Shown: one piece after another, positions 8,575-15,350 of the stretch | How the letters are laid out: each line of letters opens with the position of its first letter | Position numbering within the stretch: position 1 is the stretch's first letter | Origin: Candidatus Woesearchaeota archaeon | GTDB lineage: Archaea > Nanobdellota > Nanobdellia > SCGC-AAA011-G17 > GW2011-AR18 | DNA: 59,923 bases | Direction of reading: 5' to 3' | NCBI GenBank assembly: GCA_964524105.1 | Contig: CAZGBX010000003.1 | Span: forward strand, 1 to 59,923 | Notes under the pieces: generated by a model | Told to the model about the DNA's origin: nothing | Database searches by the model: none | What the model saw: only the letters and a program-made list of their open reading frames with translations | Position numbers and translations under genes: made by a program

Positions 8575-9624
8575 ATGGTAACAGCAATTGTTCAGGGTGT
8601 TCTTTTTGAAGATTCTGAAGTTAGGCCTTGGGTACGTAGGGGAGCAACTTGTTCTGAGATTGGTAAATGGATGGCTGGAAAAATTAGGCGTGCTAATGGT
8701 AATGGTAAACTTAAGCCTGTACATAGGTGTAGTGTTACAACTGCCCTTAAGACTTTACAATTGAGAGAGCAATGGGATAAAGAAAGAAAAAGAGCTAAGA
8801 AAAGAGATGCTGAACGAAGAGCTGTGGAAAAAAGAAGGGCTGCTGAAGCTGAGGCACTAAGAATTGCATCTAACCCTATGAAAGGGTTGGTTAATTCATT
8901 AGAAAGAAGGGCTTGTTCAATTTTAAGCACACCTTTTACTGATTTACGAATTGAAAGATATGTTGCGTCAAGAAAAGGTCTTGGTGGTGCTGGGAGTAGT
9001 AGGTCAGCATTGATGTTATTTTTTCGAAGTGTTGAGGATAAAATTGGTGAAGATGGATCTCTTCCAACATATAGAGCTTCAAAAAAAGGAACTACTTTCA
9101 AGCATGATCCATCTGCAAGAAATCTTATGGTGAGAGCAGGACTAGACCCTTCGTTTGGACGTTTATCACAAAAAGTTACTAGGGCTCAAGCTGCACAGAT
9201 TGCAAGATTTGTTTGTTCACCATTAACTGATTTAGATATTGCTTATTTTGTAGGTGGTGTTTCTGCATTAACTGTGAAAAAAGTTCTTGAAGAAAAAGGT
9301 TATAGAAACAGGAGAACTGCACCTAATATTCACCAAGGTGATTCTGCTTGTCCTTTGACTTTTAGGTTAGCTTCTGAGATATTTTATTTAAGTGATGCTG
9401 GTTTTACTGAAAGTGAAATTGCTGATTATATGATTGCTGAAAAAGCGCTTGCGCCTGAAGAAGTTAGATTTGCTCTTTGTAATAGAAGAGGAAATGGAAG
9501 GGTTAGAGGAATTGAAGATGAAATTAAATTTCAATTAGAACAAGCTTTTCAAAGTGAAGATTTTGATGGACCTTATAGGTTAAGAACATCACCTTTTGAA
9601 ACTGGAGAAGTTGGAATTTTCTAA
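8575..9624 (+). CDS. Hypothetical protein with repeated HTH-like segments; atypical composition
   Basis: 349-aa uninterrupted ORF in an AT-rich genome, with a TATA-like box at 8546-8556. About 39 Arg against 22 Lys by my count. Repeats include TDLRIERYV / TDLDIAYFVGGVSALTVKKVLEEKG / TESEIADYMIAEKAL. Confidence 0.6.
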   Translation: MVTAIVQGVLFEDSEVRPWVRRGATCSEIGKWMAGKIRRANGNGKLKPVHRCSVTTALKTLQLREQWDKERKRAKKRDAERRAVEKRRAAEAEALRIASNPMKGLVNSLERRACSILSTPFTDLRIERYVASRKGLGGAGSSRSALMLFFRSVEDKIGEDGSLPTYRASKKGTTFKHDPSARNLMVRAGLDPSFGRLSQKVTRAQAAQIARFVCSPLTDLDIAYFVGGVSALTVKKVLEEKGYRNRRTAPNIHQGDSACPLTFRLASEIFYLSDAGFTESEIADYMIAEKALAPEEVRFALCNRRGNGRVRGIEDEIKFQLEQAFQSEDFDGPYRLRTSPFETGEVGIF

Positions 9625-10001
9625 TCTCGTCCTTCTTCTGGTGAATCTTCTAAGAATGCTGCATAACCTCTGAAACGATCATGTTCTCTTAGTCCTGCAG
9701 CAATTGCAGCTTTGTCTCCAACATAAACATAGTCTGCAGTGTCATTCCTACAATAAAGGTATTGGCCTTCTATTCTTTTAACATCAGGGAGAGTGACTGG
9801 ACCATCTTCTGGTTCTTCACCACTAAGATCCCAATCTAATGAATTAAGAGTACAACCCCATGCTGCTCTAAATGAATCTTGAAATCTTCTTCTTGCAATT
9901 CTAAATAATCGTGAATATCTTTCAGCATTATCAACAAATAAAACTAAATCTCCTACTTGAGCATCAGGAAAATCTTCTAAACTTTTTTTGTTTCTTGTCA
10001 T
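9621..10001 (-). CDS. Hypothetical protein; atypical composition
   Basis: 126 aa, convergent with 8575-9624 and overlapping it by 4 nt. TATA-like box (ttttatatatc on the minus strand) about 19 nt upstream. Confidence 0.5.
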   Translation of the reverse strand: MTRNKKSLEDFPDAQVGDLVLFVDNAERYSRLFRIARRRFQDSFRAAWGCTLNSLDWDLSGEEPEDGPVTLPDVKRIEGQYLYCRNDTADYVYVGDKAAIAAGLREHDRFRGYAAFLEDSPEEGRD

Positions 10002-10102
10002 AAATTAAGTCTGAATCCTTAAGATATATAAAATTGATTGATGTTAAAAGTGGATATTTTATCTATCAAAACATTTAAAAAGATTCTAAGTGTAAATATT
10101 AT

Positions 10103-10372
10103 GTAGGCTAGACTGGGTGTTTAGGCCGCACCTGTTACTGCAAATGGTCTTTAGTAGGGTTGAAGCTTTGGGAGCGGTATTATTGTTTGGAGAGGTCCTG
10201 GCAACTACTTTGATACTCTGTCCTAATCGGCTTATGCTTATGTGAACCAGATCAGGTGGGGAACCAAGCAGTCTTAAGCGTTTGAATGAGTGCTTTTGGG
10301 GTCGCGGGGTTGAGGAACGGCGAGGGTTAAACTTTTCTGGGCTTTGGTATCCATCTTGGGGCGTGCCTACAC
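10103..10372 (+). ncRNA. Signal recognition particle RNA (archaeal 7S/SRP RNA)
   Basis: GC-rich island. The ends pair (GTAGGC...GCCTAC). The helix-8-like motif accagatcaggtggggaaccaagcagtc resembles the conserved CAGGUCCGGAAGGAAGCAGC. TATA box at 10074-10081, T6 run directly after. Confidence 0.8.
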
Positions 10373-10378
10373 TTTTTT
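10373..10378 (+). terminator. T-run terminator after SRP RNA
   Basis: TTTTTT immediately after the closing helix. Confidence 0.4.
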
Positions 10379-10404
10379 AAATAAGTAAATTCTTTAGATT
10401 GTTT

Positions 10405-11097
10405 ATGATTGTAGATGATATTGTTAAGAAGAAGACTCTTAAGAACTTAGATAGAGAGTATGTTGAAGAGTTATTGCCTGCTTCTATTCCTGATAAGAAA
10501 AGAAAGTATAAGGAAGTGATTAAGAAAGTTAGGAATGAATTGAATAGAGTTTATGGTGTTTTTAATTTAGGTTCTAGTTTAGATCTTAGAAGTCATCAGT
10601 CAAGTAAAGAGAGATTGAAGATTTATCCTTTATTGTATAAAAGAATTTTTACTGTAACTGGGAATCCTAAGTCAATTTTAGATTTGGGGTGTGGATTGAA
10701 TCCTTTAAGTTATAGTTATTTAGGATGTAAACCAAAATACATTGCTTCAGAGTGGAATACAAAAGATTGTTTGAAATTAGGGAAGTGGTTTAAAAGTAAA
10801 AAGATTAAAGGTAAAGTTGTCAAGTTTGATTTGAGAAAAGAGAATAAGTATCCAAAAGTTGATGTAGTGTTTTTGTTTAAAGTTTTAGGGGTTTTTAAAG
10901 ATCATAAAATTGATGAGCAGATTATTCGGTCTCTTAATTGTAAGTATGTTGTAGCTTCTTTTTCCACTCATGTTTTGAAAGGACATAGGATGAGGTATCC
11001 TCGACAGGGCTGGTTGAATCAGATGTTGAAAAGATTAGGACTAAGTTATTCTATGATTGAGTTTGAGAATGAACAGTTTTATGTTATAAAACTCTGA
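10405..11097 (+). CDS. ArmA/Rmt (FmrO) family 16S rRNA m7G1405-type methyltransferase homologue
   Basis: ILDLGCGLNPL (compare ILDFGCGFNPL in ArmA), DVVFLFKVL, YVVASFS, plus the N-terminal ...KK..KNLD...VEE pattern. The ATG at 10405 is preferred over the TTG at 10399. Confidence 0.6.
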   Translation: MIVDDIVKKKTLKNLDREYVEELLPASIPDKKRKYKEVIKKVRNELNRVYGVFNLGSSLDLRSHQSSKERLKIYPLLYKRIFTVTGNPKSILDLGCGLNPLSYSYLGCKPKYIASEWNTKDCLKLGKWFKSKKIKGKVVKFDLRKENKYPKVDVVFLFKVLGVFKDHKIDEQIIRSLNCKYVVASFSTHVLKGHRMRYPRQGWLNQMLKRLGLSYSMIEFENEQFYVIKL

Positions 11098-11371
11098 ATT
11101 GAATGACTTCAACCTTGGAACTATTACTTAACTTTTCTTTCTTTTTCAATGATTCTAGACTTTTTTTTGGAATCTCTAATTTACTTACGGTTGTTTTTGT
11201 AACTTTAGTAATTTTAACTTTAATATGCCAATCATTACCTGCATAAGAACAAGCTGAATAAGTTTTACCAACTTTATACTTACTAATCTCTTTTCCTGTT
11301 CTAATTGTAGTATTCTTAGTTTTATTTACTAAAGCTTTTTTGTATTCTGCAGGAAAGTTTATAGAATTCAT
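11084..11371 (-). CDS. ASCH (PUA-like) domain protein (tentative)
   Basis: 95 aa. The N-terminal F..EY..AL..K.K.TTIR pattern is typical of ASCH domains. Confidence 0.4.
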   Translation of the reverse strand: MNSINFPAEYKKALVNKTKNTTIRTGKEISKYKVGKTYSACSYAGNDWHIKVKITKVTKTTVSKLEIPKKSLESLKKKEKLSNSSKVEVIQFRVL

Positions 11372-11868
11372 TTCTTAGTTGTATCTAAAGCATCCTGGAA
11401 GCCCATAGTAACTTCTCCAAGATTACTTGCAACTACACCATATAATCTTTCTAAAGTAATTTCTAAGATTGCTTCTTTCAAAGGACCAGAACAGTATTGT
11501 GAAAGTTCTTCGTATTCAACTAAATTATTTGACATATCCTTCATAGGAACTTTACATGTCATTCTTTTATTTTCTAACTTAGCTTTCTTATCAGGTTGAA
11601 CAGCATCACTTACTTTCAATAAATGAACAGAAACTATACATTGATCAGATTTATCACCGTGGACTTTGTACTGGTAGTATCCACCTGGTTTGAACAAGTC
11701 AATCTTTGTAGGTGAACATTCTTGAGATTTTGAGAAAAAACATTCTTGGTCAGAACCACAGTCTTTTGGGTACATTAAATAAAGTACTCCAACAATAAGT
11801 AAAACTGCAATACCTAAAGAAATAAAATAAATCTTCTTCTTTGAAGACTTCACCTTCTTTTTTACCAT
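11368..11868 (-). CDS. Membrane-anchored Cys-containing extracellular protein, unknown function
   Basis: N-terminal basic stretch plus one TM segment; host-like composition; promoter 17-mer upstream. Confidence 0.55.
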   Translation of the reverse strand: MVKKKVKSSKKKIYFISLGIAVLLIVGVLYLMYPKDCGSDQECFFSKSQECSPTKIDLFKPGGYYQYKVHGDKSDQCIVSVHLLKVSDAVQPDKKAKLENKRMTCKVPMKDMSNNLVEYEELSQYCSGPLKEAILEITLERLYGVVASNLGEVTMGFQDALDTTKK

Positions 11869-11889
11869 ACAGTTTTTAATGAACTTTAC

Positions 11890-11906
11890 TTTTTAAAGGT
11901 TTTGAT
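11890..11906 (-). promoter_or_regulatory. TATA/BRE-like promoter core (copy 3 of the shared 17-mer)
   Basis: tttttaaaggttttgat, about 25 nt upstream of the ATG at 11868. Confidence 0.45.
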
Positions 11907-11908
11907 AC

Positions 11909-13129
11909 TCAGAAGTCACCGCTAACTAAAACAGTGACCCTTGTATCTTTAGAATCTATTAAAGATTCCATTCCAATTAAGTATTTTATTCTTGATCTTT
12001 CTGCTGTCTTTGCAATATCTTTTGTGACTTGACCGTCAAAGATTACTGCATCAACGTTTCTAAGATCTTTTAATGTAGCTTCTAATTCAGATGTTGGAAC
12101 TTTACCTAAAACGTTATGTTCCTTATCTAAAAGATAAGCTCCACGAGTACCAATCAAGTCATTTAACATGTCCTTGAATAACTCTTTATCTTTAGCTCTT
12201 ACCATAGGTTTTCTGAAAGTTCTTGTTGGTTTTCTTCTATCAAACTTAGAATCTTTTCTTTCAAACCTTTTATTTGGAGCTCTTGAAGGTCTTTTACCAT
12301 TAGATTCTGGTTTGTACTTTGAAGCTTCAATTCTTGATCTCAAAGCAATATGAATCTCTTTTTTAGTAAGTTCTTCAAGTTCTTTTCCGTCAGGTGCTTT
12401 AACAATATAGTCAATATTTGCAACTAACATTAATTCTTTAATAATTAAGTCTCCACCTCTGTCTCCATCAACGAAAACAGTAACAGTTTTCTTTTTACAT
12501 AAGCTTGCAATAGAATTTGGAACTGAAGTTCCGTTTAATCCAACTGCGTTCTTGAAACCAGCTTTTAGTAAATTAATAACATCTGCTCTACCTTCAACTA
12601 AGATTATTTCGTCTGATTCTTCAACTGCAGGACCTGCAGGAAGCTTTTCTCTTCCCCAAGTTGTAATATCCATTACTTTAACACTCTTTGAAACTTCTGA
12701 AGTTATTTCAGCAGAATCTGGTGTTACAGTTGAATGGAAATTTTGTAACAATTGTTTTGCTCTTCCAACTACAAAGTCTCTTTTTGAGATTCTAACATCG
12801 TCAATTTTATCAACTGTTATAATTGAATTACATGGACCAATTCTTTCAATAGTCTCTAATGAAGCTGCTATTACTGCAGTCTCAGTTTGATCTAGACTAG
12901 TAGGAATTGTGATAGTTCCTGAACTTTTACCAGCTTTACTTACTAGTTTAACTTCTATTCTACCAACTTTACCTGATCTTTGAAGTTCTCTAAGTTCTAA
13001 TTCTGAACCTAGTAATCCTTCTGTCTGACCGAAGATTGCTCCTATTACGTCAGTTTTTTCTACACTTCCCTCAATCGTAATTGAGGCATTGATTATATAC
13101 TTAGATGATACTAAGCTAACTTTTCCCAT
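11909..13129 (-). CDS. dnaG: Archaeal DnaG primase-like protein (TOPRIM, exosome-associated)
   Basis: N-terminus KYIINASITIEGSVEKTDVIGAIFGQTEGLLG; TOPRIM motifs ILVEGRADVINL and VDGDRGGDLI. Confidence 0.85.
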   Translation of the reverse strand: MGKVSLVSSKYIINASITIEGSVEKTDVIGAIFGQTEGLLGSELELRELQRSGKVGRIEVKLVSKAGKSSGTITIPTSLDQTETAVIAASLETIERIGPCNSIITVDKIDDVRISKRDFVVGRAKQLLQNFHSTVTPDSAEITSEVSKSVKVMDITTWGREKLPAGPAVEESDEIILVEGRADVINLLKAGFKNAVGLNGTSVPNSIASLCKKKTVTVFVDGDRGGDLIIKELMLVANIDYIVKAPDGKELEELTKKEIHIALRSRIEASKYKPESNGKRPSRAPNKRFERKDSKFDRRKPTRTFRKPMVRAKDKELFKDMLNDLIGTRGAYLLDKEHNVLGKVPTSELEATLKDLRNVDAVIFDGQVTKDIAKTAERSRIKYLIGMESLIDSKDTRVTVLVSGDF

Positions 13130-13275
13130 TTTATTTACTCCTGAAATTTCTTTTAGAACAAGTTTTTACAAAGTTTACTCTTTTTTTTCCATCAAGTTGT
13201 GCTTTTTTCCCCTCATTGATAAATGAAAAGTGATAATCGTGATATTTTACTTGTTCTTGTGAATTTCTTATGATT

Positions 13276-13429
13276 ATGTCGGCCGCTACTAACTCCCAAG
13301 CTCATTGCCTAGGTTTCACCTTAGCTTCCTTGAGTGATTCTCAAGACGGCCTAGATTATACTCAGTTTGATTATATATAAAGGTTTCTATTTTGGATAGT
13401 TAGAGGGTTGGTGTGTTTTAGGCCGACAT
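13276..13429. ncRNA. GC-rich structured island, candidate ncRNA of unknown class
   Basis: A 9-bp perfect inverted repeat ATGTCGGCC/GGCCGACAT closes the region. The 5' 75 nt fold into GGCCG/CGGCC plus hairpin CTTGAG-TGATT-CTCAAG plus AGG-TTTCA-CCT. TATA-like boxes lie at suitable distances on both strands. Confidence 0.35.
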
Positions 13430-13512
13430 TTGCTTTTGGAGATGTGTTACTTGTCAGTGGTCAATAAGGGGAAGATTTATAAAGTCTAGAGGTGTGCAAT
13501 AATTGATAGAAA

Positions 13513-13851
13513 ATGAGATTAACAACACTTACATTAGCGGTTTTGGCAGCTGCAGCAGGCTGTGGTGCAGCTAGGCAACAAATTCCAGATAAAATCCCAG
13601 ATATGCCTGGCTGGGAACAAGGAGCAGTAGATAACGGTGATGGTACAAAGACTTTTACAAAATGTGTTGTACATGATACAATTCCTGGTGCTGAGGAGTG
13701 GTTCTGGAGGAAATATGGCGAGTTAGGAGTAGAATATCAATTAGTTGATACTTTTATTAAAACAGCAGATCAATATCTTCCACCAAGTTTACGTGGTTGG
13801 AGATATACTCGTGCGTGCTTTAAATTTAGAGACCGAAGAGAAGGAGAATAA
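13513..13851 (+). CDS. Putative lipoprotein, unknown function; atypical composition
   Basis: Signal peptide plus lipobox MRLTTLTLAVLAAAAGC. TATA-like box at 13482-13492. Confidence 0.5.
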   Translation: MRLTTLTLAVLAAAAGCGAARQQIPDKIPDMPGWEQGAVDNGDGTKTFTKCVVHDTIPGAEEWFWRKYGELGVEYQLVDTFIKTADQYLPPSLRGWRYTRACFKFRDRREGE

Positions 13852-13886
13852 GATAATTTAAAGTAGAAAGATAATTCTAAGAATGC

Positions 13887-14426
13887 ATGGAATTAGATTT
13901 TGAAGAAATCTCTGAAGAAGATTATATTAAAAAGAAGAGGAGAAATAAGGTTATTTCAGCAATATTAGCTGTATTTCTGATACTTATTCTCTTAGTGTAT
14001 TTGTTTCCAGGAGATTTATTGAGCTTAATTGAAGGACAATTAGTGAGTTCTGAGATAGATGAGTTTAAGGTAGAGTTTCAAGGTGGAGAAGTTCAATTTG
14101 AACAAGAAGTTTATGATGGATTATTAGAGCATTATTTAGAAAATCAAAGAAGAGAAATTAAAGCTTGTCTGTTGGGCACTATTGATGAAAGTACTTATTA
14201 TGTTACTGAGGTAGTGTTCCCTGAAGTTAGAAGTGCTTCTGTAACCCATATACTAACTGATCAATGTCCAAAAGAAACAATAATATCTTTACATTCTCAT
14301 CCTTTTAAGAGATGTATTTTTTCTGAGCAAGATATAAAATCTTATGAGCATTTTAAAGAAATTAATCCAGAAGGAATAATTGGACTTTTATGTGAACCTG
14401 AAAGGTTTAGTTTTTATAAGGATTAA
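13887..14426 (+). CDS. Membrane-anchored JAMM/MPN+ metalloprotease
   Basis: N-terminal TM segment. Complete JAMM motif with upstream Glu (REIKACLLG) and HSHPFKRCIFSEQD, which fits HxHx7Sx2D. Confidence 0.7.
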   Translation: MELDFEEISEEDYIKKKRRNKVISAILAVFLILILLVYLFPGDLLSLIEGQLVSSEIDEFKVEFQGGEVQFEQEVYDGLLEHYLENQRREIKACLLGTIDESTYYVTEVVFPEVRSASVTHILTDQCPKETIISLHSHPFKRCIFSEQDIKSYEHFKEINPEGIIGLLCEPERFSFYKD

Positions 14427-14629
14427 ACAACAATCACGTTTTTTCCACTTATTTTTTGTAGTAAGTCAGGATTATTCTCTTTTATGAAAAGAAGTTCAAT
14501 ACCTACTATATTCCCCTCTTTATCATAATCTACAATTGTATTGTCATTGATTTTTTTAGTTTCTTTAACTTTAGATTTGTTTATGTAAATGTACATTGCA
14601 TCTGCTTCTGGATCATATGTGATTTTCAT
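14423..14629 (-). CDS. DUF2283 family protein (putative antitoxin)
   Basis: MKITYDPEADAMYIY...DYDKEGNIVGIELL signature. 4-nt overlap with the DUF4258 gene. Confidence 0.7.
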   Translation of the reverse strand: MKITYDPEADAMYIYINKSKVKETKKINDNTIVDYDKEGNIVGIELLFIKENNPDLLQKISGKNVIVV

Positions 14630-14838
14630 TTTAAATAGTAACAGGTTATAATCTTTATATATTTTTTCTTTATGAATACAACTTCGAGGGAAAATCCATT
14701 TAATCTTTTATTATGGATGTATTTTTTATTGATCCTTTTAGTTGTATCCGGAAATCTTATGGTTTCTTCAACCCAAATTTGGGGAATATTTCTCTCAATC
14801 ATTTTGATTCTAGAATGAAAAGTATAAAAAATCTTCAT
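14626..14838 (-). CDS. DUF4258 family protein (putative toxin)
   Basis: 70 aa. The FHSRIKMIERNI start is typical of DUF4258. Operonic with DUF2283. Confidence 0.6.
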   Translation of the reverse strand: MKIFYTFHSRIKMIERNIPQIWVEETIRFPDTTKRINKKYIHNKRLNGFSLEVVFIKKKYIKIITCYYLK

Positions 14839-14892
14839 GAAATTAAATTATCTTTGAAATTAATATGTGTTTACTAAAAATTTTCGAAAGAT

Positions 14893-15315
14893 TTACTTTT
14901 CTAAGTTCCTTGTTGCTTCAAGAATAGGTAAGTTTGCTTCTGTTGGAACATAAATTACATCGTTATCGTTCTCTTGTAGACCTTGAATCCATAAATATTT
15001 TAGATAGGCTTCGTTATCTTTTAGACTTTCACCAATGATTTTGTTTGCTTCGGCAACACCTTTTGCTCTTTCAACTTCAGCTTGAGCTAATAGTTTTGCA
15101 GATTCTGTTTTTGCTCTTGCTTCTTCAATTGCAATTTTCTTAGTCCATTCTGCTTTTGAGAGTTCTGCTCTACCATCTTGTTCCATGGTCCAGATCTTGT
15201 ATTTTTTGTAAACAGCATTAATCCCCCAAAGTAAACCAACTACAATGAAAACAATTATTGCAAAGAAAATAACCATACGAACGATCTCTTTTGGGTTCAT
15301 TGGTTGTTGTGACAT
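14893..15315 (-). CDS. Membrane protein resembling the C-terminal part of SPFH/prohibitin proteins (tentative)
   Basis: One TM segment, then AIEEARAKTESAKLLAQAEVERAKGVAEANKIIGESL...VIYVPTEANLPIL, which resembles the coiled-coil tail of band-7 proteins. Confidence 0.35.
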   Translation of the reverse strand: MSQQPMNPKEIVRMVIFFAIIVFIVVGLLWGINAVYKKYKIWTMEQDGRAELSKAEWTKKIAIEEARAKTESAKLLAQAEVERAKGVAEANKIIGESLKDNEAYLKYLWIQGLQENDNDVIYVPTEANLPILEATRNLEK

Positions 15316-15350
15316 AAGAATTATAGAATGAACTTAACTTATAAGCTTTA

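Noticed and set aside
10296-10312. The similarity of tcgcggggttgagg inside SRP RNA to the conserved promoter element acgcggggttggca.
   Set aside because: Only about 10 nt are shared, the match lies inside a structured RNA helix, and there is no adjacent TATA box. It is most likely chance.
13276-13429. Interpreting the GC-rich island as a tRNA (the 75-nt unit or the 154-nt unit with an intron), or as RNase P RNA.
   Set aside because: There is no T-loop (GTTCRANY) or D-loop GG in either orientation, although GTCGGCC/GGCCGAC could mimic an acceptor stem. No CR-I or CR-V RNase P motifs are visible. It is kept only as an unclassified ncRNA candidate.
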